Below the pieces are notes generated by a model. It worked only from the letters and a program-made list of their open reading frames with translations, was not told where the DNA came from and searched no databases. Source: Verrucomicrobiota bacterium (GTDB taxonomy: Bacteria; Verrucomicrobiota; Lentisphaeria; Lentisphaerales; Lentisphaeraceae). From it: DNA of 64,000 bases. Shown one piece after another: positions 36,451 to 46,072 of this stretch. The position numbers were made by a program, and so were the translations under genes. How positions within the stretch are numbered: position 1 is the first letter of the stretch; the number at the start of each line of letters is the position of its first letter. The stretch spans positions 28,932 through 92,931 of the forward strand of contig JBDKFG010000007.1 in assembly GCA_039798785.1 (NCBI GenBank). Reading direction: 5' to 3'.

Positions 36451-37188
36451 ATGAACCCTTCTCCTCTCATCCTGAGCGCCGTCTTCTTCGTTGTGGCGCT
36501 GTGGATCTATCTCCGCCATCGCCGCCGGGTCTGGTGCAATCCTGCGCTGCTCATCTGCGCCCTGGGGATGATCGGCGCCAGCTTGTGGAATCTCCGCATC
36601 AATCAAAGCAGCGAAGCCGTCGACTTCAGCGACGCGCTGAGCCGCCGCGGCGAAGCCTGCGGCTGGATTCTGGGCGACCGCTTCCGGAGCCGCGGGATCA
36701 AGAGCGTCCTGATTTTGAACCAGCTTCCCCCTGCCGAGGCGGCCGCCTGGCTGAAAGGCTTCAAGGAGGCCCTCGGCCCGGCGGGATCGGTGCTCGTCCG
36801 CGAGCTTCCCGTCGCCGCCCGGGGAGAGCTCGGCCTCGATCCGGCGGAGGAGAAGGCCTTCGGACTCAACCCCCTCGCCGACGACACCTTGCTGCGCTTC
36901 AACACCCTGAGCATCTCGCGCGCCGCCGAGGCCAGTTCCGCCGAGGCCCTCGTCCTCTGCGGGCACGGCGCCCCCCGGATCGTCGACTCCGCCTCCCTCG
37001 GCCACCTGCCGTTCACCGCTCTCGCCTGCCTTTCCACCGGCGACAGGCTGACGCAGCTGCGCGACCTTCTCCCCGCCGGGCTGCTGGTCTGCCGTCCCTT
37101 GCCGGTCCTGCCGCAGGACCAGGGGGAATCGCTGGGCGACATCGCCGCCCGCTGCTTTAAGTTGGAAGAAATCCAGGAGACGCCATGA
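36451..37188 (+). CDS. Membrane-anchored protein (2 N-terminal TM) with a periplasmic-binding-protein-like lobe; partner of the prepilin-like gene
   Basis: GGAG RBS. TM-RHRRR-TM, then SVLIL, WLKGFKEALG, AEALVLC. Same layout as 10716..11498. Confidence 0.65.
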   Translation: MNPSPLILSAVFFVVALWIYLRHRRRVWCNPALLICALGMIGASLWNLRINQSSEAVDFSDALSRRGEACGWILGDRFRSRGIKSVLILNQLPPAEAAAWLKGFKEALGPAGSVLVRELPVAARGELGLDPAEEKAFGLNPLADDTLLRFNTLSISRAAEASSAEALVLCGHGAPRIVDSASLGHLPFTALACLSTGDRLTQLRDLLPAGLLVCRPLPVLPQDQGESLGDIAARCFKLEEIQETP

Positions 37189-39386
37189 AGATCCCAGCCC
37201 TCGCCCTAGCCTTGCTGTTCGCCCTCTCCGGATCTGCCGCAGAGCTGGTCGACGAAGCCCGCCCCGCCCCGGCCTCGCCGGAGGAGCGCGCCGCCCTGGT
37301 CCGCGCCCTCGCCGTCCGCCCCAGCGCCGAGCAGCTGGCCTGGCAGCGGCACGGCGTCTACGCCTTCATCCATTTCGGCATCAACACCTTCACCGACCGC
37401 GAATGGGGCACCGGCAAGGAGGATCCCGCCCTCTTCAACCCCGGCGAAGTCGACTGCCGGCAATGGGTCGGGGCCCTCCAGGCCGCCGGCTGCTCGATGG
37501 TGATGATCACCGTCAAGCACCACGACGGCTTCTGCCTCTATCCCAGCCGCTATACCCGCCACTCGGTCGCCGCCAGCCCCTGGCGCCACGGCCAGGGGGA
37601 TCTGCTGCGCGAACTGGCGACGGCCTGCCGCGAAGCCGGTCTCAAGCTCGGCGTCTACCTCTCTCCCGCCGACCTGCATGAGATCGAGGCCAAGGACGGC
37701 CGCTACGGCAACAAGTCGGCCGCGGTCGAATCGGTCATCCCGACTCCGGTCGAGGGGCGTCCCTTCCCCGCCGGGCATCGCCAGTTCAAGTACCAGGTCG
37801 ACGACTACAACCGCTACTTCCTCAACCAGCTCTACGAGCTGCTCACCGAATATGGCCCGATCGAGGAGGTCTGGTTCGACGGCGCCAATCCCAAGCCCGG
37901 CACCGGCCAGAAGTACGACCGCGCCGCCTGGTACGGCATGATCCGCGAGCTCGCCCCCCAGGCGATGATCGCCATCGACGGCCCGGACGTGCGCTGGATC
38001 GGCAACGAGCACGGCCACGCCCGCGACGACGAATGGAGCGTCGTGCCGCAGGTCAAGGGCGACCAGACCGCCAAGGACCTCGGCTCGCGCGCCGCCATCC
38101 TCAAGGCCGACAAGCTGATCTGGAAGCCCGGCGAATGCGACGTCTCGATCCGCCCCGGCTGGTTCTACCACGCTTCGCAGGACACCCGGGTGCGCTCGCC
38201 GCAGAATCTCTTCGACCTCTACCTCGCCTCGATCGGCCGCAACGCCAATTTCCTCCTCAACGTCCCGCCTGACCGCCGCGGCCGCATCGCCGATCCCGAC
38301 GTCCGCAGCCTGCAAGGCTTCGGCGAGCTGCTGCGCGCCAGCTTCGGCAAGCAGGCGCTGCCGATCTGGAACGAGGGCGGCGCCAATCCCCTCAACGCCG
38401 CCGCCGAGGCGCCTGCCGAACTGCTCGACAATTCCGCCGCCAGCGTCTGGACCCCCTCCGGCCCGGAATGGCGCTTCGACTTCCGCGCCCGTGACGCCGC
38501 CAGCCTGCTGATGCTAGAGGAGGACATCTCCCAGGGGCAGCGGATCGAGAGATTCACCCTGTCGCAAGAGCAGGGCGGCGGCTGGAAGACCCTCGCCGTC
38601 GGCGGCACCGTCGGCGCCCGCCGCATCCTCCGCATCCCCGAGCTCGCCGCCGGCACCCGGCTCCGCCTCAGCATCGAGGCCAGCCGCGCCAGTCCGCGTC
38701 TCGCCGAGATCGGCCTCTTCCAGGCCGCCGCCAGCCTCGCCGAAGTCAGCGCCCGCCGCAATGCCCAGGGACTCGTCGTCCTCAGCGGCCCCAGGGGCGC
38801 CCAGATCCGCTACACTCTCGACGGCTCCGCCCCGGATGCCAGCTCGCCGCTCTATTCCGCCCCCTTCCTCCTGCCCCAGGGCGGCCTGGTGCGGACCGCG
38901 CTGATCGCCGCAGGGCGCCCCGCGCTCAGCGCCAGCCATCTTCTCGGGCTGCCCAAGACCGGCTGGAAGGTCCTCTCGGCCAGCAGCGAGGAGAAGGATG
39001 CACCCGCCGCCGCCGCCATCGACGAGGATGCCGCGACGATGTGGCATAGCGGCTGGCGCCAAGGCAAGACGCCGCCGCCGCACGAGCTGCTGATCGACCT
39101 CGGCGCCCAGGTCACCAGCACCGGCTTCAGCTACCTGCCGCGCCAGGACGAGGCGCGGGGGAAATGCTGCGGCGACTACTTCATCGTCTACCTCGGCGAC
39201 GATCCCGCCAAGCTCGGCCCGGCGCTCGCCGAGGGGCGCTTCGACAACATCGCCAACAACCCCATCGAGCAGCAGATCCGCTTCGCCAGGCCGGCCAGCG
39301 GCCGCTATCTCAAGGTGGTCTTCCTGAAGTCTGCCGACGGCAAGCCCGAGTGCGCCGCCGCCGAGATCGGCCTGCTCGGGAAGTGA
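37185..39386 (+). CDS. GH29 alpha-L-fucosidase with chitobiase/FN3-associated and F5/8 type C (CBM32-like) domains
   Basis: FIHFGINTF, KHHDGFCL, EVWFDGA, RWIGNE, ECDVSIRPGWFYH, IRYTLDGS.P, LLIDLG, YLPRQD. Confidence 0.94.
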   Translation: MKIPALALALLFALSGSAAELVDEARPAPASPEERAALVRALAVRPSAEQLAWQRHGVYAFIHFGINTFTDREWGTGKEDPALFNPGEVDCRQWVGALQAAGCSMVMITVKHHDGFCLYPSRYTRHSVAASPWRHGQGDLLRELATACREAGLKLGVYLSPADLHEIEAKDGRYGNKSAAVESVIPTPVEGRPFPAGHRQFKYQVDDYNRYFLNQLYELLTEYGPIEEVWFDGANPKPGTGQKYDRAAWYGMIRELAPQAMIAIDGPDVRWIGNEHGHARDDEWSVVPQVKGDQTAKDLGSRAAILKADKLIWKPGECDVSIRPGWFYHASQDTRVRSPQNLFDLYLASIGRNANFLLNVPPDRRGRIADPDVRSLQGFGELLRASFGKQALPIWNEGGANPLNAAAEAPAELLDNSAASVWTPSGPEWRFDFRARDAASLLMLEEDISQGQRIERFTLSQEQGGGWKTLAVGGTVGARRILRIPELAAGTRLRLSIEASRASPRLAEIGLFQAAASLAEVSARRNAQGLVVLSGPRGAQIRYTLDGSAPDASSPLYSAPFLLPQGGLVRTALIAAGRPALSASHLLGLPKTGWKVLSASSEEKDAPAAAAIDEDAATMWHSGWRQGKTPPPHELLIDLGAQVTSTGFSYLPRQDEARGKCCGDYFIVYLGDDPAKLGPALAEGRFDNIANNPIEQQIRFARPASGRYLKVVFLKSADGKPECAAAEIGLLGK

Positions 39387-39404
39387 AGCTCGTGCCCCGC
39401 GGCT

Positions 39405-41651
39405 TCAGAACAGCTTCATCTGGCGGGCCCCGGTGAGCGCGTCGACGCTGAGATCGTCGAAGGCGAGCAGGGCATCGGCGATCGGGCTGATCTGTTCGTC
39501 GATGTAGTGCTTGTAGTCGGGATCCTGCGGCTGCTTCTCCAGCGGCACCGGCCCGTTCACGGTCATCACGTAGGTGATGTAGCCGTAGCTGCGGCCGAGG
39601 GCGCGGGCGGCGATGAGGTGGGGCGGCGGCACCTTGGCCCGCTCGTCCGCCTCGCGCAGCTTGCGGCGGTAGGCGAGGCGGCTGTCGTGATGGCCGAAGC
39701 GCAGCTGCTGCAGGAATTCGAGGGTGAAGCGCTCGGCGGAATCGCCGCGCAGCACCGCAAGGATCAGCTGGCGCTGGAAGAAAAGGGCCAGCGGCGACCA
39801 GGCGTCGGTGGTGAATTCGATCCCGTCCCAGAGAAGCGAGCCGTCGGCGGCGAGGGCGGCCCAGCGCACCTGGGCGTCGTCCTTGCGAGGCAGGAGCAGC
39901 AGGCGGGGATGGACGGTGACGGGCCGGAGGAAAGGCGAGGGGGTCGCGGCGCCGCGGTCGCGGCTGAGCTGTTCGCCGATGCGGCGGCGCAGCTCGGCGG
40001 TGAAATCCTCCACGGCGGCGGGGGAATCCGGGCCCAGCCGGAAGAAGAGCCGGTCTTCGTCGAAGGCCTCGAGCCCGGCGCCGAGCTCGCGGGCGGCGCC
40101 TTCGGCGGCGGCATGGAAACTTCGCAGAGCGTTGGCGAAGAGCGACTGCACCGCCGGCGACTGGTGGCGCTGGGCTGGCGACAGGAAGGCCTCGGCAAGC
40201 TGGCTGAGGCTGCGTTCCGCTGCGCGCCGGACCGCTTCGCGCTCCTGCGCGAGGGCCATCTCGCGGGCGCTGACGAGGCTTTCGAGCAGGGGCGCCAGCA
40301 GGGGCGGGCCGTCCTGCACGGCCGGCGGCTCGATGGCGAAGGAGCGGAGGATTTCGGCGGCGAGGGCGGGGCACTCGACCTCGGCGACCTTTTCAAGCAG
40401 GCCGGCGCGGCTGCGGCAGGGGCGGCCGGCGGCGGCTCCCTTGCCCTCCGGCGCCGGCGGCGCGGCGAGGCCGCGCCGGTGCAGGCGGGGCAGGACCAGG
40501 GCGTCGAGCGCGGCGCCGCCGATGCCGATGCTGCCGGGCTGCAGGCCGGTGCTGCGGCAGCGGGCCTTGACGTAGTCGAGCATGCCGCAGTCGCGGAAGA
40601 GGCGGGTCACCAGGACGCAGTCTTGCAGGTTGTAGCGGCAGAGGGCGGGCTTGTCGTCGCGGAACATCCGCTCGATCTCGGCAACCTTGTCTTCGCTGGG
40701 ATCGATCTCCTTGCCTTCCTGGAGGAGCTGGCGGGCCACGGTCTCGAGCTTGTAGTCGGGAAAGACGTAACCGGCCTCGCGGAAGAGCGGCAGGCCGTCG
40801 AGGACGACGCGGCCGGGCAGGGTGCAGAAATGGCCGACGCCGGGGATCTCCGAGATCACCGGCTTGCGGCCGCTGCGGCCGAGGGTGAAATCCAGGTAGT
40901 TCTTGTCGCAGCGTTCCTGCAGGTAGCGTAGGTCGTGGCCGATGACATACCAGCCGATGATCACGTCGGGATCCTCGGCGGCGAACCACTTGAGGAAGGC
41001 GGACAGCAGGGAGGCCTCGTCGGGGTGGGCTTCGTAATCCTCGCCCTTGAGCCCGGCGGGATCGGCAGCGAGGACGAAGACCTTGCGGCGCTCCGCTCCG
41101 CAACCGGTGATGTGGACGGCGATCGAGAAGAGATGGTCGATGGTGACGCCGTTCTCGATGTCGAGCGAGGCGACGCGGAGATCGCTGTCGACCCGGGCGG
41201 CGGCGACGGAGGGGTTCTTGAAGAGGAGGCGGCCGTCGTGCAGCTCCGGCTTGCCGCGCAGGGCGACGCCTTCGCCGAGCCCGAGCTCCATGAAGAGCCG
41301 TTCGTGCGACTTCAGTTCCGCTTCCCAAAAGGGGATGTTGGCGGCTTTCAGTGCCTCGGTCGCGGCGCGCAGCTCGCTGCCGCTCGCCGCCGAGACCTGG
41401 TCCAAGGGCAGGCCTTGCGGCGAGCGCAAGTCCGATTCCTCGCGGCGGTAGCGGGCGGCGGGGAGGGCGGCGGGCAAAGCCGCGCTGCGAGGCAGGAGAA
41501 GGCTCGGCCGGTGGCTCAGTTGCATCTCCACCGCTCCGAGCTCGGGAGATCGACCGAAGACGGAGATGAAATGCCGGCCGTCGCGATCGCCGGAATCGGC
41601 GAAGACCGGGGTGAAACGGACGCTTGCGAGTGGAAGTCGGAGGGAGGACAT
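39405..41651 (-). CDS. polB: DNA polymerase II (family B) homolog, polymerase motifs degenerate
   Basis: ExoI SLDIE, ExoII DPDVIIGW...HD, ExoIII YNLQDC, YVMTVNGP, DY.HYIDEQI.PIADA, C-terminal clamp motif QMKLF. Confidence 0.85.
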   Translation of the reverse strand: MSSLRLPLASVRFTPVFADSGDRDGRHFISVFGRSPELGAVEMQLSHRPSLLLPRSAALPAALPAARYRREESDLRSPQGLPLDQVSAASGSELRAATEALKAANIPFWEAELKSHERLFMELGLGEGVALRGKPELHDGRLLFKNPSVAAARVDSDLRVASLDIENGVTIDHLFSIAVHITGCGAERRKVFVLAADPAGLKGEDYEAHPDEASLLSAFLKWFAAEDPDVIIGWYVIGHDLRYLQERCDKNYLDFTLGRSGRKPVISEIPGVGHFCTLPGRVVLDGLPLFREAGYVFPDYKLETVARQLLQEGKEIDPSEDKVAEIERMFRDDKPALCRYNLQDCVLVTRLFRDCGMLDYVKARCRSTGLQPGSIGIGGAALDALVLPRLHRRGLAAPPAPEGKGAAAGRPCRSRAGLLEKVAEVECPALAAEILRSFAIEPPAVQDGPPLLAPLLESLVSAREMALAQEREAVRRAAERSLSQLAEAFLSPAQRHQSPAVQSLFANALRSFHAAAEGAARELGAGLEAFDEDRLFFRLGPDSPAAVEDFTAELRRRIGEQLSRDRGAATPSPFLRPVTVHPRLLLLPRKDDAQVRWAALAADGSLLWDGIEFTTDAWSPLALFFQRQLILAVLRGDSAERFTLEFLQQLRFGHHDSRLAYRRKLREADERAKVPPPHLIAARALGRSYGYITYVMTVNGPVPLEKQPQDPDYKHYIDEQISPIADALLAFDDLSVDALTGARQMKLF

Positions 41652-41795
41652 GCGGTTTTCCGGAGGCTGATGGCTGCGAATATCCGGGGCCGAAGCGCTT
41701 TTGCAATCGGGGCGGCAAGCGGGGGCTGGATTCTTAATAAATGTTGTTAATCATTTATAATGAGGATTTTGAAAGTTATTTTTAGATTCGAGATC

Positions 41796-41835
41796 TGGCA
41801 TCGGGCTTGCGTATAAAATCGTCATTGCCTATAAT
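41796..41835 (+). promoter_or_regulatory. Overlapping sigma54-like and sigma70-like promoters
   Basis: TGGCATCGGGCTTGC (GG-N10-GC, 41796-41810) and TTGCGT-N17-TATAAT (41807-41835). AT-rich tract upstream. Confidence 0.55.
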
Positions 41836-41921
41836 CCTAATCAGGAGATTGCGGCCGGCGGTTCACCCTCCGGCGGACAGGCGACGAAAGAGAACGCAAC
41901 CCGAAACGACAAGGAGAGCCC

Positions 41922-42686
41922 ATGGCCGATAACGACACAAGCGGGCAGATCGAAAGACTGCGGCAGCTCGAAGCGAAGCTGAAGGAGCTGGATCTGCAGC
42001 GGCAGCGCCTGGCCGCATTCAAGAAATACAGCTCCCTGGGCTTGATTGCCATCATCGGCCTCTTCGGCTGGCAGCTCTACGCCATCGGCAAGAAGGCCAG
42101 CACCCAGGGCGACGCTTACAAGGAGGCACTGACCTCGGAGATCCAGAGCCAGTTCGCCCCTGATGCCGCCCGTCTCCAGCACCTGGCCAAGGAGAAGCTC
42201 CTGCCGGCTCTGCGGGAAGAGCTGAAGAAGGAGTTCGACAAGCGCCTGCCGAAGTGGGAGATGAAGGTCGAGCAGCTCAGCCAGCGGGCCCAGGTCGAGA
42301 TCGCCCGCAAACTCGAGAAGATGATCCACGACACCTTCGCCGACATCGAACGCGATCTCGCCGGCCAGCTCGACGAAAAGTCCCTGGCCGCCACCCACGA
42401 GCAGCTTGAGCGCGTCCAGGAGCGTGTCCTCGAGCATCTGCAGGACATCATCGCGGTGAAGATGGACGAGCTGGATCCCAAGCTGGCCAAGCTGCAGGAG
42501 GCCTTCAACGCCGTCGGCGCCGGACCGGAATCGGTCGGCTTGACCAGCGAAGTCGCCGAACGCCGCCTCGTCTCGGCCCTCCTCGACCTGCTCAAGTACG
42601 ATCTCGATCCGGAAGCCGGCGTCCAGTTCGTCACCCATTCGGCAGATCCGTCGAAATCCGCCTCCGTCCAGCCCAAGTCGAAGTGA
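41922..42686 (+). CDS. Single-TM helical/coiled-coil hypothetical protein
   Basis: AAGGAG RBS. Coiled coil, TM (LGLIAIIGLFGWQLYAI), long amphipathic helices. Confidence 0.75.
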   Translation: MADNDTSGQIERLRQLEAKLKELDLQRQRLAAFKKYSSLGLIAIIGLFGWQLYAIGKKASTQGDAYKEALTSEIQSQFAPDAARLQHLAKEKLLPALREELKKEFDKRLPKWEMKVEQLSQRAQVEIARKLEKMIHDTFADIERDLAGQLDEKSLAATHEQLERVQERVLEHLQDIIAVKMDELDPKLAKLQEAFNAVGAGPESVGLTSEVAERRLVSALLDLLKYDLDPEAGVQFVTHSADPSKSASVQPKSK

Positions 42687-42696
42687 GGAGATCAAA

Positions 42697-43497
42697 GTGA
42701 GCACCCTCAGCCCCCAAACCCCTTCCGTCGAGCCCCAGATCCAGGCGCTCGAGACCGAGATCCGCCGCCAGGAGGAGGAACTCGCCAAGTCCGCACGGAC
42801 CCAGAAGATCGTCTACGGTGCGATCATCGTACTCGCCCTCGGCTACACTCTGATCCTGCCCCACTTCATCCGCAAGGAGGTCGAGCCGAAGCAGTTCGCT
42901 TCCACTACCGTCAGCCTCTTGCAGCAGCGGCTGCCGCCCCCCGACGAACTGGTCGTCCAGGGCGAGCAGATCCTGCGCAGCAACATACAGAACGGCGTGC
43001 AGGCCCTGGACGAGCGGCTGCCTGAGCTCGAGGACGCCCTGATGGGCCAGATCGACGCCCAGATCGACAGCCTGGCGACGGAGATCCGCACCGAACTGGT
43101 CACCACGGTCAAAGACGCCATCAAGATCGGCGGCAGCGACATCAAGGCCACGCTTGCCCTGACCCAGGATGCCGGCAGCATGATCGCCCTTTCCGACAAG
43201 ATCGGCGCGTCGCTGGAAAAGGAGATCGGCGAGATCACTTCGCAGAGCACCCTCGGCAAAGGGCTCGAGGATCTGACCCAGCGGGTTTCGATCCTCGCCA
43301 ATGCCAGGCAGCTCACTCTCAAGGAGGACGCGGAACGCCGGGTGCTCCTCTATGCTCATCACCTCAGCCTTGATCCGACCTATAAAGACAAGCTGATTGA
43401 ACGCGTCGTCAAGATCGCCGACGGCTTCAGCAAGGATCTGCCGGTTCCGGCTGCTCTCGATCCCAATGACCTTCCGGGCCTGCTCGAGGAAAAGTGA
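42697..43497 (+). CDS. Single-TM helical/coiled-coil hypothetical protein
   Basis: GAGGAG RBS and GTG start. Same layout as the upstream gene, and both share a late AERR.(V/L) motif. Confidence 0.75.
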   Translation: MSTLSPQTPSVEPQIQALETEIRRQEEELAKSARTQKIVYGAIIVLALGYTLILPHFIRKEVEPKQFASTTVSLLQQRLPPPDELVVQGEQILRSNIQNGVQALDERLPELEDALMGQIDAQIDSLATEIRTELVTTVKDAIKIGGSDIKATLALTQDAGSMIALSDKIGASLEKEIGEITSQSTLGKGLEDLTQRVSILANARQLTLKEDAERRVLLYAHHLSLDPTYKDKLIERVVKIADGFSKDLPVPAALDPNDLPGLLEEK

Positions 43498-43563
43498 GCC
43501 CTGATCCCAGCCTCTCCGCCCCGCCCTCAACCGGCGGGGCGCTTCTCTGCCGGCCTCGGAACC

Positions 43564-44232
43564 TCAACCCACGACCTGGAAGATCTCGAGACGGCCGGCA
43601 CTGCGCAGGAAGAGCCGGGTGAGAGGAGTGTCGCCGTGGCCGTGAAGAGCCTGGCGCACATGTTCGGCCTTGGCGGAATCGTCCGAACCCTTGAAGATGA
43701 CGAAGAGGTGCTTGGCGGCGGCGAGGCTGCCGAGAGTCCAGGACCAGCGTTCCTTCGGCTCGTAGGAGGCGGTGGCACGGACGATCCACTCTCCGGGCTT
43801 GCTGTCTTTGTCGAGCTGCGGTTGGCCGGGGAAGAGGGAGGCGACATGGCCGTCGTCGCCGAAGCCGAGGAGGAGGTTTTGCAATTGCGGCAGGCCGGTG
43901 CCGGCGCAGGCGTGCATATAGGTCCGGGCCGCCTCGGCGTCGTCGCTGAAGGGCAGGGGGATGAGGTGCTCGCCGGCGAGGGCGTCGACGACGGCGCCGA
44001 AGTTGTTGCCCGGGTCCTTGGCGGGGACGAGGCGCTCGTCGATCCAGGTCCAGATCAGGCCTTCGGCCAGTTCCCGACGGCGGCTGGCGAGGGCTTTCAT
44101 CAGGGGCGGGAAGGTGCTGCCGCCAGAGAGGCCGCAAAGGCCGGGAGCGAGGCGCGGAGCCAGCAGGGCGGCAAGCTGGTCGAAGCTTTTCACTCGATGG
44201 TGCGGAACAGTGTCGGCAAAATGCTGTCTCAT
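43564..44232 (-). CDS. pgl: 6-phosphogluconolactonase
   Basis: LSGGST, DERLVP, LLGFGDDGHVASLFPG. ATG 44232 with GGGAG RBS. Confidence 0.85.
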   Translation of the reverse strand: MRQHFADTVPHHRVKSFDQLAALLAPRLAPGLCGLSGGSTFPPLMKALASRRRELAEGLIWTWIDERLVPAKDPGNNFGAVVDALAGEHLIPLPFSDDAEAARTYMHACAGTGLPQLQNLLLGFGDDGHVASLFPGQPQLDKDSKPGEWIVRATASYEPKERWSWTLGSLAAAKHLFVIFKGSDDSAKAEHVRQALHGHGDTPLTRLFLRSAGRLEIFQVVG

Positions 44233-44306
44233 TGTTTCAATCTCCCTTGGACAAAGCGGAATTTTTCGCGTAGGTTTGGTGCGCAATCTAACACAAGGAC
44301 ATCAAC

Positions 44307-44582
44307 ATGACTCCCATCTTTGCCATCTTCGGCCTTGGCACGACAGAAATCATCTTGATCTGCGTCGTCGTCCTGGTGCTTTTCGGCGCCAAGAAGATCC
44401 CCGAGTTCGCCCGCAGCCTGGGCAAGGCGAAGCGCGAGTTCACCGAGGCCTCGAGCGAATTCAACAACGCCATGCATGAAGAGGCCAACAAGCCGAAGCA
44501 GCCGGCGCAGAAGATCGCTCCTCCGGCCGGCGACGACGGCCTGAAGGCCGACGCCCCCGTCCGCAAGGAAGAAAAGCACTGA
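44307..44582 (+). CDS. tatA: Twin-arginine translocase TatA
   Basis: GLGTTEIILI...LFGAKKIPEFARSLGKAKREF. Confidence 0.95.
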   Translation: MTPIFAIFGLGTTEIILICVVVLVLFGAKKIPEFARSLGKAKREFTEASSEFNNAMHEEANKPKQPAQKIAPPAGDDGLKADAPVRKEEKH

Positions 44583-44596
44583 AGCGCTGAAGCCAC

Positions 44597-46072
44597 ATGT
44601 CGCGTGACTTCGATCGGCTGAGCGGCTCCGAAGGGCCCTCAGCCTCTTCGTCGCAGGAAGAGACCCTGAAGGAGATGGGGCTCCTCGACCACTTGGAGGA
44701 GCTCCGTGACCGCATCACCCGCACCGCCATCGTCTGGCTGATCTGCGCCCTCCCCTGCTGCGTCTACTCTCTCGACATCATCGACTGGCTGATGCGACTG
44801 AACAAGGTCAGCTACGTCCAGGCGATAGCTCCCGCCGAGATCTTCACCCAGCAGCTTTGGATCGGTGCGACCTTCGGCGCCGCCATCGCCTTGCCCTACA
44901 TCATCGGACAGATCTGGGGCTTCGTCGCTCCCGCGCTCTACAGCAAGGAGCGCGGATACGCCAAATGGACCCTGGTGGTCTCGTACCTTCTCTTTATTCT
45001 CGGCGCCACTTTCGCCCTTTTCGTCATCATGCCGACGGCCATGGATTATTTCGCTTCGCTGCAGACGGACAAGATCCGCTACCAGCCGCAATTGCAGAAA
45101 TACGTCGATTTCACCCTCCTGATGGCCTGCGGCGTCGGCCTGCTCGCGCAATTGCCGGTGCTGGTCGTTCTCGGCAACGCTCTAGGCTTGTTCAGCCGTG
45201 AAGCCGTGGCCTCGCGCCGCCGCCATGTCATCGTCGGCATCTTCATCTGCGCCGGCATTCTCACCCCGAGCCCCGACGTCTTGTCGCAGTGCCTGGTCGC
45301 CTGCCCCACCTACATCATCTTCGAGCTCAGCCTGCTGGTCTGCAAGGTGATCGAGTGGCGCCAGGCCGGGATGTCGAAGGCTGCCATCGTCTTGCGGGGC
45401 CTGGGCGGCCTTCTCCTCGTCCTCGGCATCATCGCCGGCGTCCTCTGGGGCGCCAAACTTCTGATGGAGCGTGAGAAGGCCAAGGGGCCGCAGCCCCTGG
45501 TGGAGAATCCCGCCGATGCGGCGCAGTATCTGGCGCTGCTGGGCAGCGCCGAGGGCGAGGCCCGGATTGCCGAGGCCCTGGCCAAGGAGGGCCTGCCGGA
45601 GGAGCAGCGCCTCGGAGCCGCCCGGGCCTTGGTCAGCGCTCTGCGGGAGAAGCAGCAGTTGAAAGAGGCGACCCTGAAGGCCCTGGTGCAGTATTCTCTG
45701 CGTCCCTCGGTGACGATTCTCGGCAGCATGGAGCAGCGACGCATCGACTTAGCGGTTGAGGAGAAGCTTGCTTTGCCTTTCGACCTGGAGTTGCAGTGGG
45801 TTCTCTCCGTCGACGATCGTGACTTCCTCTGGCCCGACGCCGAGACGAACTTCCGCGCCAGCGCCCGCGTCGGCCGCGGCCCGGCCAGCGTCATCCGTCC
45901 CGATGCCGGCAAGGCGATGCCGCTGCTTGAGGCCAAGCTGGCCAAGCCTTCGCTCAGCGGCGCCCGCAAAGTGATCTTGAAAATGAAGCCTTTGAAGGCC
46001 TCCGACGCCGAAGGCAAGGCTGCCGACTGGATGCCGGAACTCGAGGCCCTGCCGGTCGAACTGCCCCCCTGA
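44597..46072 (+). CDS. tatC: Twin-arginine translocase TatC with extra TM and C-terminal domain
   Basis: MGLLDHLEELRDR, QIWGFVAPALY..E, QLPV, RRHVIV, ILTPSPD, P..IIFE. Confidence 0.92.
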   Translation: MSRDFDRLSGSEGPSASSSQEETLKEMGLLDHLEELRDRITRTAIVWLICALPCCVYSLDIIDWLMRLNKVSYVQAIAPAEIFTQQLWIGATFGAAIALPYIIGQIWGFVAPALYSKERGYAKWTLVVSYLLFILGATFALFVIMPTAMDYFASLQTDKIRYQPQLQKYVDFTLLMACGVGLLAQLPVLVVLGNALGLFSREAVASRRRHVIVGIFICAGILTPSPDVLSQCLVACPTYIIFELSLLVCKVIEWRQAGMSKAAIVLRGLGGLLLVLGIIAGVLWGAKLLMEREKAKGPQPLVENPADAAQYLALLGSAEGEARIAEALAKEGLPEEQRLGAARALVSALREKQQLKEATLKALVQYSLRPSVTILGSMEQRRIDLAVEEKLALPFDLELQWVLSVDDRDFLWPDAETNFRASARVGRGPASVIRPDAGKAMPLLEAKLAKPSLSGARKVILKMKPLKASDAEGKAADWMPELEALPVELPP

